Notes: generated by a model not told the origin, from the letters alone. Shown: positions 14,236-28,231, numbered from the stretch's first letter. The stretch: DNA of 64,000 bases from Eledone cirrhosa (GCA_964016885.1 OZ024741.1:266786001-266850000), one strand, 5' to 3'. Program-made: numbers and translations.

Positions 14236-14240
<5 letters not shown>
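13927..14240. mobile_element. Fold-back PLE-like insert (family B) with an 80-bp perfect palindrome (14038-14117)
   Basis: Outer IR ATAAGATCAAAAGATGGTTAAA at 14021-14042 and 14219-14240. Matches the 3' end of the Penelope element at ~60355-60600. Confidence 0.8.
14137..14207 (+). ncRNA. Hammerhead motif, family B (cleavage site UG, likely inactive)
   Basis: TATTTTAT-CTGATGA-stem II-GAAA-TGCGCA-TG-ATAAAATA; other copies have TA. Confidence 0.68.
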
Positions 14241-14329
<89 letters not shown>

Positions 14330-14332
<3 letters not shown>

Positions 14333-14428
14333 GGTGTCCCAAATAATGTATACACACTTTGATTACCTGTACAGGCAATATTTGTTAGAATGCACAGCCT
14401 TTGAGTGTACATTATTTGGGACACCCTG
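14330..14428. mobile_element. Tc1/mariner-type MITE, ~99 bp
   Basis: TIR CAGGGTGTCCCAAATAATGTA at both ends; TA flanks. Confidence 0.85.
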
Positions 14429-14789
14429 TATATATATATATATATATATATAATACGTTTATATAATATATACATATGGATAGCTTCGCTACCGAAGAAG
14501 AATATTTTTCGTAACGAACGAAATAATATTTTTGGTTTTAACCAGGTTGGTGGCTGGCTGGCTGATTGGTGGATGGTTGGCTGATTGGGTGGATGGTTGG
14601 CTGGTTGGGTGGATGGTTGGCTCTTTCGTAACGATAGTAAACAAACATTCCACTAAACTGACACCTCTACTCCCCCCTTGACCCCCCCCCCCCCCCCCGC
14701 CCCGCCCTTCACTTTGTTCACCCCATTCTCCACCATGTCTTGTCTCGGTTACAGTTACACTGGATATATCATTTCACACCACCATCACA

Positions 14790-15500
14790 ACAACCAGATC
14801 ATCCTACCACTTCTACACCACCACCGCCACCACTACCACCACCACAACAACAACAACCACTACAGCACCACCACCACCACCACCACCGCCACCACCACTA
14901 CCACAACCACAACCACTGCAGACAGTAGAACTAACCATAGCCTATTTATCTCTGTTTGACACCAACATCACCACCACCACTACCACCACCACCACCACAA
15001 CAACAACAACAACAACCACAACACATCACCCACCACCACCACAACTACATCACACCACCACCATCATCAACACTACCGCCACCATACTGCCACACAAACA
15101 ATCACACTACTTACTACCCCTCTCTCTACAAGCATTAGAACTAAACTTAACGAAACCCCCATTACCTCAGTTTGACACCGCCACCACCACCAACACCACC
15201 GCCACAACGACCACCACCAACATCACCATCACTACCGCCACCGTCACGACCAACACCACCATCACCACCGCCACCGTCACCACCGCCACAACGACCACCA
15301 CCAACACCACCATCACCACCGCCGCCGCCGCCACCGTCACCACCGCCACAACGACCACCACCAACACCACCGTCACCACCGCCACAACGACCACCACCAC
15401 CACCAACACCACCGTCACCACCGCCACAACGACCACCACCACCACCAACACCACCGTCACCACCGCCACAACGACGACGACCACCACCACCACCACCACA
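14790..15500 (+). repeat. (CAC/CAA)-rich low-complexity repeat
   Basis: Direct reading. Confidence 0.9.
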
Positions 15501-15722
15501 GTACCCCTACAGATACACAGTATCAATAACCTTTGCCCGCCTGTCTCTAGCCCCAGTTAGTCAGAATCCTGATTTTCAGCTGTGGTTAGTGTGGAATAAA
15601 CGTGATTGACTTTCACCTCGAATCTCTGTGGTAACATCACGTAAGATCTGCTTTAGCTCGGTTCAAACCGACCGCAAAGCATTTAATCTAAATATGCCAG
15701 CTTTGATAAAATAACTTGTCAC

Positions 15723-15758
<36 letters not shown>

Positions 15759-15892
15759 AGTTTATGTATGTTTGTGTATGTGTATGTGAGTGTGTATGTG
15801 CGTTTGTTTGTATGCCTGGTTGTGTGTATGTATGTGTGCTTGTTTATTAGTTTGTGCGTCGTTGTGTGTGTGTGGGGGGGGGGGGGGTCATT

Positions 15893-16068
15893 TAGACCAC
15901 CGTAGCTTCTGACATATGTGACAAGACTGTTAGCTCTTTCAATGAGAGGTACAACTCATTTTCCTAGCTGAGTGGAGTGGGGGTAACGTGAAATAAATTG
16001 TCTTGTTCAAGGACAGAACGCGCGTCCAGGAATCGAACTCACGACTTTCTGATCGTTAGCTGAACTAT
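15893..16068 (-). mobile_element. tRNA-derived SINE
   Basis: B box GAGTTCGATTCC on the minus strand, followed by CCTTGAACAAGACAATTTATTTCAC shared with other copies. Confidence 0.7.
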
Positions 16069-16399
16069 TATTCACAAAATAAATAAAAGAACTTATCACT
16101 ACAATGATAGCTTTCTACTTTCGGCATAAGACCAACTGCTCGCAATGCAAAAGAGAGGAAGGTAGTTAAATACCGGGACCTGACCGACCGAAACCTCTGG
16201 CGTCCTTGGTCCCCGCTCTGTTTATTTGTGGGATCGAACTTCTGTGCTCGAATATCGGGACCCCTCACCCGCCAAAGCACTACTTGATACTATTTTATTT
16301 GCAAAATTAAGACAAGACTAAACAAGCATAAAGACAGACATTAGTGATGAACTCACAACATCACTCAAGACTAATACACCTGAAACCAAATTTGGCTAA

Positions 16400-16967
16400 G
16401 ATAGAAGATAGAAAAACAATTCAGAATCTCACTTTGGTAAAAGAATCTCACTTCTCGGCAAAGTTTTTAACCAATTTGGCTAAATCAAGTGATGAAGCCT
16501 GAGCATGTTCAATTGATATAGTTGCCAAGCCAACTAGTCTCTCTTGCAACATTGTAGAGTGAATGTAAGATTTTATAATCTTGAGCTTTGAGAAACTAAT
16601 CTCACCACTTGCCACTGATACTGGAAGTGTAAGAATGATCCTCAATGCTATAGCAACTCTAGGGAGATTATCCAAAAGTTTTTGTTGACAAAACCTCGTG
16701 GTCTATAAAACACGCGAACGTAATTGCATCTTGAAAGTTTCGTATGCACGCGATTTTCACTCAGTTATTTTGCTTTTTCTGGTCAGACTGAATCTACCCG
16801 ATTATTTGTCCTCGTATGAAATAAACCAGTATAAAAAAACGACCCTCAATAAAACTGAAATTCATTTATTCATTTTTCAAAATGGTTGTTGACTTGGAGA
16901 AATGCGCCCCGTGAAATCAGCGCCTTAGGCGGCTGCCTAGTTTGCCTATATAGTAGCGCCAGCCCTG
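16400..16967 (-). mobile_element. Internally deleted hAT transposon: dimerization-domain remnant (16448-16675) and terminal sequence
   Basis: IALRIILTLPVSVASGEISFSKLKIIKSYIHSTMLQERLVGLA is an hAT C-terminal dimerization motif. The end reads CAGGGCTGGCGCTAC on the minus strand at 16967. Confidence 0.8.
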
Positions 16968-17074
16968 TATGTATGAGTTCTGAACAGCTAAATTCAGATG
17001 CGTGTGCCCATGTGTGGCTATATGCTTGTGTTTTTTTGTTTGTTTGTGTGTGCGCGTATATGTTTATGTGGTTG

Positions 17075-17130
<56 letters not shown>

Positions 17131-17544
17131 AATAACTATTTTATTAAGGGAGTTACATTGACAGTTACTAACGCTTGTAAATCCCATTGAGACGGTGTTG
17201 GAATTAAAGTCCTTTGAAAACCCGGTATTAAAGTATTTACCTCAATCAAATATTGTCGGTTATTTCGCTTTCCTTTGATGTATGAAACAAATTATCTATT
17301 GATTTGATGTCGATACTCGATATTGATAAGGTGGAGAAGGAAAGCTGATCTCATAATTTTATGTAGTAACATGTTTTTTTATTTACCTGTGCATGTATTT
17401 TGTGAATGTTTAGTGTTTAGCTGGCTGTCTGTCTGATGTCTGTCTGTCTCTCTATCTGTCTGTTTGATCTCTCTCTCTCTCCCTCTCTCTCTCTCTGATG
17501 TCTGACTATATATGTCTATCTGATGTCTGCCTGTCTGTCTGTCT

Positions 17545-17812
17545 GGAGACACGTGACCTAGTGGTAAGAGTGTTTGACTTACGATCATAATGTCGTGGGT
17601 TTGATTCCTGGACTGGATTGTGTGTTGTGTTCTTGAGCAAAACACTTCATTTCACATTGCTCCAGCATACTCAACTGAAAATGAGTACCAGCAATAGCTG
17701 GGCTTTAACACTGCAATGGAATGGCATCCTGTCCAGGAGTGAATTATGTACTCCCAGTCGCTTCACACCAGGATAAACACCGACGAGTTTCCTGGCTTGA
17801 GACAGACTTGAG
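17545..17812 (+). mobile_element. tRNA-derived SINE
   Basis: A-box-like TGACCTAGTGG, B-box-like GGTTTGATTCC and the shared CTTGAGCAAAACACTTCATTTCAC core. Confidence 0.75.
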
Positions 17813-17956
17813 ACTTAGTCTGTTGTTTGGCGATTTATTTATTGATCACAGGAAAATATGTATTTAAGTTAATTATACAAATTTGTGTAAACTTTATAAT
17901 CATTTAAGGTTCAGTAATGGACCTGCCTGAGTTCTGTGCTTTAAGTAGGTAGTCCT

Positions 17957-18012
<56 letters not shown>

Positions 18013-18374
18013 GCGCGCGCGCACACGCACGCGCGCACGCACACGCACACGCACACATTATCCGAAACGTAAAGACTCTTTTCCTACTATATCAAGCATT
18101 AAACTAATATAATTTCTTTATTGTACTGTGTTGTTTGGTTTGTTGTTTCGGTTTACTTTTTGCATAGTTGTTGCATAATGGTTATCACCGAAATATATAT
18201 AACAGCGACTATGAATAAACGAAGTTAATTCTAACCTATTAACTTACATTTCTTATATATATATATAGTTGTATGGTTGCATGAAAAATGCGTACGTAAG
18301 CGGTCTACCGGTTGAGCACTCGATGCTCGCGCAGAGCAGAGTATAATACTTAATCCTTGTTCCTTATCCTTATA

Positions 18375-18473
<99 letters not shown>

Positions 18474-18508
18474 AAAGGTAAATATATATATATGTGTGTG
18501 TGTGTGTG

Positions 18509-18817
18509 TAAAAAGTAAACAGAAATAACAACACAATCGGTACAGTATATGGAAGGTATATATTAGGTTAACTCTTGAAATTGCAGGAAAAGGGTCTTAG
18601 CGTTTTGGACGCTAGTCCTTCATCAGAAGAAAGAATGAGCAATAAGATGATTAGGGGGACGGGCGGGATGGAATTGGAAAACATGTCTTTAGATAAAAAT
18701 AACAAGTCCATTCATGTTGACATCCCGCCCGCCCCCTCTTCCTGCTATATCAGGCGTTAACCTAATATATCCCTTCCATATACTGTACCAATTGTGTTGT
18801 TATTTCTGTTTACCCTT

Positions 18818-18820
<3 letters not shown>
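18509..18820. mobile_element. Fold-back short element (family F) with a degenerate minus-strand hammerhead at 18594-18629
   Basis: IR 18509-18593 / 18734-18820. The family recurs at ~27830-28165, 29760-29900 and 39102-39440. Confidence 0.7.
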
Positions 18821-18904
<84 letters not shown>

Positions 18905-19057
18905 ACGCTTACGTGGACCTCTCAAAATTCGTTGGATTTTCTGATTGGATTTTCACCTCGAAACTGGATACCAACCCGGAGTACACCTGAACTTCCACCA
19001 GGAAATCTTTCGTATCATTGAAATTTTCTTTGCTTCTTATGTATATATATATATATA

Positions 19058-19132
<75 letters not shown>

Positions 19133-19502
19133 ACGTACATAGATATATGTATACAGACGTACAGTAGTATGTATATATATATATACATACATGCACACAT
19201 ATATATATGTACGTATGGATTTATATTTAAGTAACAGCCGTACTAAGAGTGAGAAATGAAATTCCGTTTCATTTTTTCCGTTTATATATATATATATAAA
19301 AATATAAATTAGCGAGAATCGTATTTCAGCACAGGAATTAACGAAAATCAACATCCGATATGTGTGGCAAGCGCTCGATGATTCATATGAATCAGAGCTA
19401 CAACATACGTTAAGGGCCAAACACACTGAGATGATGGTTAAACATATCATCCGCACAGTCAAAACAAACGACCAAGTAATTCAGGTCAAACAATAAAAAT
19501 AT

Positions 19503-19555
<53 letters not shown>

Positions 19556-19699
19556 ACTTGGGGAGGGTCATATTTGTGTAATATTGCCAGAATTAATAAC
19601 AGAACACACTCACTGTTTGGTTGGTTTTCGCTTTTCGCTTCTGTGTCTTTTATATCGGTAACCTAATTATATATATGAGTGTGTATATAAATATATATA

Positions 19700-19848
19700 T
19701 ATATATGAAAATGTTCAAGACCCCGACGGCAGAGCTCAAGCCGTTTCGACTCAATACTACCCTAAGTATTGAGTACTCTGGTGCGTTATGGTATTGAGTC
19801 GAAACGGCTTGAGCTCTGCCGTCGTGGTCTTGAACATTTTCATATATA
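19700..19848. mobile_element. Hairpin element of the 10748 family, arms ~58 bp
   Basis: GAAAATGTTCAAGACC...TCGACTCAATAC is inverted at 19791-19848. Confidence 0.75.
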
Positions 19849-19866
19849 TATATATATATTATATAT

Positions 19867-20487
<621 letters not shown>

Positions 20488-20876
20488 TATACATACATAT
20501 ATTTACATATATACACACACAAACTCAAAATTTATACATCTATTGATCGTATAAGGTTTCGTAATAAGTCTTCCTGAGGTCTGCGCCCTATGTGGCTGAC
20601 TAATTGTCCTTAATGATAGCACCAGCCTTCTCTCCGTGGGTGTGCTTGGATTCTTTAGGAGCGATGTTAGATCATTACTGTACCGAGCAGAAATGCTTTA
20701 ATGAGTACAACTAGGGGAAAAAACATATCTTCTGAAATCAATGAGCCTAATTAATTAATTAATCATGCTCTGAAAATACATCTAATTAGCGAAACATTTA
20801 CTAATTGGGTCTTTTGGTTTGACACTCGTGAGAATGAAATAAATGAGAAATGAAGGTTTATATGATAGATAGACGT

Positions 20877-21257
20877 ACTGATTCTTTTTTTCAAATACCA
20901 CTTTGGAAGAAGAATCAGGATGGAGAGGGAGGTGCTGTACCCCAACAAGTTTTATGAAAGGTGGGTGAAAGTGGCGAGAATGGCCCGAGTGAATGGGCCT
21001 TCTCTCTATATCAGCCTGTAGGTTGAGGAAAAAGAGGAAGAGAGGAAAGGGGTACAAACTCTTCGTACTCCTGGAGATGAGGGTTGCACATTTTTTCGGG
21101 GCTATGTGTTACCCATATGAAATGTCTCCCCCTATTGGGGAAAATCGATTAACTTTTAAATTGTATTTGTGATAATATTTTACACGTTTTTATTGTATGT
21201 AAACTTCCCCCTTTGTATTTGTCCCCTTCTTTTGTGCCCCTGTGGCTAATAAAGAAA
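20877..21257 (+). mobile_element. Tx1/L1-like LINE 3' end
   Basis: Encodes FKYHFGRRIRMEREVLYP..FYERWVKVARM; 3' UTR ends AATAAAGAAA; same family as 57511-58136. Confidence 0.75.
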
Positions 21258-21282
21258 CATATATGATAGATAGACATAGATA

Positions 21283-21283
21283 G

Positions 21284-21348
<65 letters not shown>

Positions 21349-21810
21349 CATACGCGCACACACACACACACATATACATATACACATACACACACATATA
21401 TATATGTACATTCACATACACACACATATATACATATGTACACAAGCTAATGCACATACATACGTACATACATACACTCACATATATATATACATATGTA
21501 CGTACATACATACATACGTACGTACATACACACATACGTACATAAATACACACATACGTACATACATACGTATGCACATTCATACATTTATACATACATA
21601 TATACATACATACACACATACATACGTACATGCATGCATGCATACATACATGCGTACGTACGTACACACACATACATACATGCACACGCATACATACATG
21701 CACACACATACACACATACATACACACATACATGCACACAGCCATACATACGCACATACACATACATAGACAGACATACACACACACATACATATTTACA
21801 TACATACATA
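21283..21810 (+). repeat. Compound (CA)n/(TA)n/(TACA)n microsatellite
   Basis: Direct reading. Confidence 0.9.
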
Positions 21811-22057
21811 ACAGTCTGGGAAAGGTATCTAACACCCGGTAATAATTGTTTCTACTTTGGGCACAAGGTCAGCAATTATCCCAGTGCATTACTGGTACTT
21901 TATTTTATCGACCCCGTAATGAACAAAAGATAGTGTGAGAGGGAGAGGGAGAGGGAGAGAGAGGGGAGAGAGAGAGAGAGAGAAGAGACAAAAGAAACAG
22001 AAATATGAAAAAATTAAAAAAGTTAGGCAACTACTGTAAAGCAGTTAAAAGCTTCTT

Positions 22058-22612
22058 TTGAATCTTTGCTAGCCCCCGTTTACTGGAACACTTGTGTATA
22101 GTTGGTAGATCTTTCACAATATAGTGTTGAATCTTTGCTAGCCCCCGTTTACTGGAAGACTTGTGTATAGTTGGTAGATCTTTCACAATATAGTGTTGAA
22201 TCTTTGCTAGCCCCCGTTTACTGGAAGACTTGTGTATAGTTGGTAGATCTTTCACAATATAGTGTTGAATCTTTGTTAGCCCCCGTTTACTGGAACACTT
22301 GTGTATAGTTGGTAGATCTTTCACAATATAGTGTTGAATCTTTGCTAGCCCCCGTTTACTGGAACACTTGTGTATAGTTGGTAGATCTTTCACAATATAG
22401 TGTTAAATCTTTGCTAGCCCCCGTTTACTGGAACACTTGTGTATAGTTGGTAGATCTTTCACAATATAGTGTTAAATCTTTGCTAGCCCCCGTTTACTGG
22501 AACACTTGTGTATAGTTGGTAGATCTTTCACAATATAGTGTTGAATCTTTGCTAGCCCCCGTTTACTGGAAGACTTGTGTATAGTTGGTAGATCTTTCAC
22601 AATATAGTGTTG
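22058..22612. repeat. 69-bp minisatellite, ~8 near-identical copies
   Basis: Unit TTGAATCTTTGCTAGCCCCCGTTTACTGGAAsACTTGTGTATAGTTGGTAGATCTTTCACAATATAGTG. Confidence 0.95.
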
Positions 22613-22753
22613 CACCAATATTGGCAATATTGGTTGTTCTTTAAAGACCAGTATCAAAATGTCTTCTCTCTCAGACTGGTAAAGTTTCTGTTGTTGAATC
22701 TGTTTGTAGCTCCCATGTTCTGAAAGATTTTGTTTATAGTTGGTAGTCTTTAA

Positions 22754-22963
22754 CCCTTTAGCATTCACATTACTCTATATATACTATTATATTTTCATGG
22801 TAAATGCTTTACCTCACATAATTATCTCAAATAATATCGAATCTATGAGATTTTGAAAGTTTTTATTTTGGGAAGAATACCTTAACATCAGTTTGAACGA
22901 CCAGTTACAGCCAGTTTCAACAGAAAGAGGTAGAGAATTCTGGCCGGTTTGAACATTAAAGGG
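22754..22963. mobile_element. piggyBac-type MITE
   Basis: TTAA-CCCTTTAGCATTCA ... TGAACATTAAAGGG-TTAA. Confidence 0.75.
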
Positions 22964-23553
22964 TTAACAATATATCATACCTCTAATCTTGGTGTGTTTT
23001 TTTAAAAAAACAACTTTAGACTGGTAGTTTCTATATTGGAACAAATACTACCATAGATTTTCTGTGTAGTCTCCACAAGAACATAGAGAGGATTATATAC
23101 CACCTTTTCTTGATGAATTATAATTGAAGAGTAAATGTCCTGTTTAGTACATACTCGAATATATTCACATATAAATGCATATCCGCATATACATACAAAT
23201 ATATACAAACCTATTCACATACGCACACACATTCATGCACAAATACATACACAAACACATATAAACACATATACACATACATACACAAACACATATACAC
23301 ATACATACATATACATAGAAACTTATGTATAGATGTATACACATAAACACACATGCATACAAATCCATACATCCACACACATATACCCATAGATTTATAA
23401 TGAATGTGTATAACTTAGTATAGACACTGATATTAAAGTTACCCTCAAATACACCCTGGGAAAGATAGGGTCCTTATTTGTTGCTTTACTGCTTTTTGGT
23501 TTTCCTGTTCCCGTGAATTTAAACAACAACATCGATCTTTAGTCTTGGAAGGA

Positions 23554-23772
23554 TTGTTTCTAGTATAGGCACAAGGCCAGCAATTTTTTTTTTTTGGGGG
23601 GGGGGGGATTAAACAGACCCCCAGTTCATTACTGGTGCTTTGTTTTATCGACCCCGTAAATATGAAAGGCAAAGCTAACCTCGGTGGGATTTGAACTCAG
23701 AACGTAAAGGGCCATAACACTATGCCGCTAAGCATGTTGTTGGACGCTCTACTGATTTTGCCAATCCACCGC
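23554..23772 (-). mobile_element. tRNA-derived SINE (family with TTTGCCTTTCAT..GGGGTCGATAAAA core)
   Basis: B box GAGTTCAAATCCC on the minus strand; homologous to the 41.5-42.2 kb and 46.7-48.1 kb copies. Confidence 0.8.
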
Positions 23773-24154
23773 ATGTTTGGAACTTTGCTGCACTTCGGGC
23801 CGGGAGGATAAACTCGAAATATCGGTCGCCGTCCGACAGGTTTTCGGTCGAGCCCGTGGCAGTGGAGACTTCTGGTGTCCTTTGCCCTAGGGCCACCTCC
23901 CTACTCACCACCATTGGCACAGAGTTGGCTACCGGCAGGTGTGAGCCTGGCGAGCTGGAATGGCATTTCCAGAGCGTCTCCTTCACCATCTTCCGGAGAA
24001 ACGCCTTCTCCATTCTGTCCGCCGGGGCCGTGGGGCGGCCAACGCGTGGGCCCCAATTTGCTCATAATAGTGAGAGATATGGAGAGCAGGAGAGACGGTG
24101 GTAATGTAAGTGGGGTTCGGGTCTTTTGTGTTCGGACCGTGTGTGTATATATTC

Positions 24155-24577
24155 CATGGACATTTAACAAAGGTTCTTGCATAAAATCATTATGGAAAGC
24201 GTTTAGCTAAATATAAACCTTTTTGAAACTTTCAACATTTTTGTATCATAATAACTAGGGGCGGTTTCAAAGGGTTTGGTATCGGAAGGGTTAAGGTGGA
24301 GTTTGGAACATCAATTAACAAAGGTTCTAACATAAAATTATGACGAAACGTTTTTAAATAAATGTAAATACTTTAAATAGTTTTTGTATCATAGAATCAG
24401 GGGTAGTTTCAAGCAGCTTAGTATCAAAAGGGTTAAACTGGTGTTTGGAACATCGCTTAACAAAGGTTCTTATATAAAACTGTGACGAAGGACTTTTAAA
24501 TAAATATAAGCACTTTAAACAGTTTTTGTCTAAGAAACAGGAGCGGTTTCAAGTGGTTTCGTATCGAAACGGTTCAT
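24155..24577 (+). repeat. Three diverged ~143-bp tandem units ending GTATC..AAGGGTTAA
   Basis: TTAACAAAGGTTCT recurs at ~24164, ~24315 and ~24457. Confidence 0.75.
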
Positions 24578-24788
24578 GTTTAGTAATGCTCCTTTCTGAG
24601 ATGTGAGGCTGCCTAGTTGGTTTTAATGGTAGCGCCTGTCCTTGTAAGATGCAATAGAGACAGGAGTGGACCATGTCAATCCTATGATAATCCGAAAGTG
24701 ATGTATCATTTCAAAAATAAGTCATTGTCGGAAATATTTCCGCCATCTCTCTTTTATCCCCCATCCTCGTTATATCTCTGTGTCGTCT

Positions 24789-24843
24789 TACTACTACTAC
24801 TACTACTACTACTATTACTACTACTACTACCACCACCACCACC

Positions 24844-24913
<70 letters not shown>

Positions 24914-24943
24914 TTACTACTACTACTACTACTACTACTACTA
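24789..24943 (+). repeat. (CTA)n(CCA)n(CTA)n microsatellite
   Basis: Direct reading. Confidence 0.95.
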
Positions 24944-25059
24944 TATATATATACTCATTATAAACAACAGAAGGCCGCACCGGAAACTGTCTTTATGATT
25001 TTAATTCCGCGAAATAAAATACTCTGCTAAGAGTATTGCAATCGCTTGTCAGATTATAG

Positions 25060-25476
25060 AAAATTGTGTACCTTTAGGCTACGGCCAGCCACACAAATCT
25101 GTAACAGATCCTGGACAAGCAATGCCTGTGATTTGAAGGTTTTTTAAGTGGGGAAAGGCCTTGCACTCGACCAATCCCACTCTCTGAGCATCGAAAACAC
25201 CACTCGAAAAGGAGAACTGGTCAACATCCTCGGATGCTTCCGAAGCCGCAGGTTTTTTCAGAGTTTCCCTCTCCTAGAAAGATGTTGTGACAACAACTGG
25301 GGGCCTTTCACTCCCAGGTGGAAAAAAAAAGTACTATTTTGATGACCGTTGGCTCTGGTGAGTTCCTCCACCCTTTGACGGGTCTTGTATTTCATTCCGC
25401 AGGGTATCCAAATATCACCCTCCTCACCAAGCAAGCTTGGTGGGGTTGCCGGTTTAGTCGACGACGACCCGACCAT
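25060..25476 (-). mobile_element. RTE-associated short element (5' part)
   Basis: Homologous to 26040-26422 and 40497-41050 (GACTAAACCGGCAACCCCACCA, CTAGGAGAxGGAAA). Confidence 0.6.
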
Positions 25477-26039
25477 CAGACAGGTTGTACTGGGTTACAT
25501 GTTATCAGTAGCAATCGAGAGCGACCTGACATACATACATACATACATACATACATACATACATACATACATACATACATACATACATACATACATACAT
25601 ACATACATACATACATACATACTTATGGAATAAGGCCTGATATAAATCTCTCTCCCAGGAACATTGGAAGATGTATCTAGGTATGTATGTATGTCTTAGT
25701 AGTTAATCAATCCATTGTTTTACGGCCGTTTCAGAGTGCAAAATAAACGAGAAATTGTTCAGCATTATATATCTGACTCTGTAGTGTTAAAATACTCAAC
25801 AACATGAAATAAGATACAACTTTTCTGTAACAAATTTCAATTGACTTCGATTGGATATTTATATCAACACCACACCACACCCAGTCCTACTTAAATGAGT
25901 AGAATAATAATGTATGTATGTCTGTTTTTAGTTTCGTTTATGTATGTATGTATGTGTATATGTATGTGTATAATGTATGTATGTATGTATGTATGTATGT
26001 ATGTATGTATGTATGTATGTATGTATGTATGTATGTATG

Positions 26040-26422
26040 GGCGGAAGAACTCATAAGAGTCAACGGCCATCCAAATGTGTGTAAATATGTATATAGACAT
26101 GTACCGCGTGGTTAAACCACTGGGAGTGAAGGACCCCTAACCTTTGTCAGGGCATTCTTCTAGGAGAAGGTAACTCAGGAAACTGGGAAAACTCTGACAT
26201 AAAACCTGCGGCTCAGTAGTTACCGATGATGTTGATCTTTTCTTCTTCTATTCGGGTTATAGCTACTGTCGCTCAGAGAGTGGGATTGGTTCAGTGCACA
26301 GTCTTTCCTCACTTTAAAAAATATCTTCACGCACAGGCATTGCACGATAGAATTAATTAATAATTATTAATAATGGTATATCGTGCAATGGCCATACTCG
26401 ATAACGAGGGGACAGTCATCAT
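26040..26422 (+). mobile_element. RTE-associated short element
   Basis: Same family; 3' tail GGCCATACTCGATAACGAG..CAGTCATCA. Confidence 0.6.
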
Positions 26423-26661
26423 ATATGTATGTATGTATGTTCTCACGTACATTAATTTTCACACCTCACACACTGTTTAGGTGTGCAATATAGTAATAAA
26501 GCCAAAATGGAAAGATATGCCGCTGAGAAAAGTATTAAAATATACGTAAATCTATAATAAAATAATAATTTGTCAACATTTGATATATAAAAGATTTGTT
26601 ACATACAACATAGACCGTGGGAATATATGGAGATATAATGGTTTGATTCAGGACACATTTC

Positions 26662-26763
26662 ACAAATGAATGTATATACACTCATTGTTAACAAATGAGT
26701 GTATATACACACATTGTTAACAAATGAGTATATATACACTCATTGTTAACAAATGAATATATA
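26662..26763. repeat. 29-bp minisatellite x~3.5 with near-palindromic units
   Basis: Unit AACAAATGAGTGTATATACACTCATTGTT. Confidence 0.85.
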
Positions 26764-28042
26764 TCGTATATGCCGGCGTAGAAGTCGATCCGGCGCATAA
26801 GTTCGATCCCTAAAATTCTGAGGTGTAATTAAGGTTTATGCCTATATTCGCCGGATAAGACCCCACCCCCACCCCCACCCACAAACACAAAAAATTAAGG
26901 CAATTGCAAGGGAAATAATTCAAAAGATTTAATAGCGCGCTAAAGACTAAGACTCTTCTAAAACCCTTCAGTCGCAAGTGAGTTCTAACTCACCGAGTAA
27001 ACCAGCCTGGCCTAACCTTAACGAACCTATGGTAACCTACCCTATGAGCTATGGCAAGTCATTGATATTATTATAATCTCTACGTTAAATAGACTTAACA
27101 AATATGAGATTCAGTAGGAAATAATTGTAGTGGGCTACTAGAGTGGTAAGTGGTGTACAACAAGTGTTAGGCAGTTTCACTGTTTACCCCTCGGTAATAT
27201 ATATATAATTAATATATATATAATTAACTTCTGCAGGACTAGAATTATACTCTACCAATATATTGAGTATTTCTTTTAGCTGTGGTTAGCCCCGACACAA
27301 CTCAGGAATCTATATATACATTTGTGTGTGAAAGAGAGAGCTATATATAGAGAGGGTGGGGGGGAGAAAGAAAGAGAGATAGTGAACATCCTAAAGAGAG
27401 AATGTTTGTTTCTACTATGAATGAAAAAGTTTTAGAACAGTTACCCCTTTCGTTTTTTTTCTGCTCTGTGAACTCTGAATAAAAATTGTTCACGTCTTTG
27501 ACAGACCGTAGCGTTCATGTGACCGGCGGACCAAAATGTTGTGCAGTTATTATAATATAGATTATCCCACGTTGCACTTGTCGCTGCTGCTCTCGTCTTG
27601 ACCATCATCAATAATACGTATACAAAGGAGTCTCTATATGGTAACTACTCGGCTTACTAGAAATAACAGCCAAATCTTTCTCTCATCATATACTGTTTGA
27701 TTAAAAATCGATGGCACAGACACAACTGGAATACTTTGTATTGGAGACAGCGACATTATTGTCATTTGTTATTATTATGCAAACTTCCCAAGCCCATTGA
27801 AAACCAGAGTTTAGTGAAACCAGCATGGGGTTTTAATAAATTAGCACATTTTTTTAAAAATTGTCAAAAGACTCCGAGTGCCTTTTCAACTTGAAAAATG
27901 TGTTTTGTATTTATCCACGTTTGAAAGAAAATATATTTTCCTGCATATATGTCAACGTGAATGGACCTGTTATTTTTATCTAAAGACATTTTTTCCAATT
28001 CCATTCCGCCCGGTCCCTCAATCTATCTTATTTCACATTCTT

Positions 28043-28078
28043 TCTTCTGATGAAGGACTAGTGTCTGAAACGTGAAGA
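28043..28078 (+). ncRNA. Very short hammerhead motif, family F (extra A after CUGAUGA; site UG)
   Basis: TCTT-CTGATGA-A-GGAC-TAGT-GTCT-GAAA-CG-TG-AAGA; the copies at ~29842 and ~39189 have CG-TT-AAGA. Confidence 0.55.
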
Positions 28079-28231
28079 CCCTATTCCTGCTATATCAAGC
28101 GTTAACCTAATATATCCCTTCCATATACTGTACCGATTGTGTTGTTATTTCTGTTTACCTTTTACATATATATATAAATATATATACAATTAACAACAAA
28201 GAGCGCTTAGAACATAGGTATATCTTTAATT

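Noticed and set aside
15172-15609. Extensin-like proline-rich ORF
   Set aside because: Translation of (CAC)n low-complexity DNA; no ATG start or splice evidence.
22058-22612. CRISPR-like regular repeats (also 76-536)
   Set aside because: Contiguous tandem units with no unique spacers, no cas genes, and a eukaryotic context.
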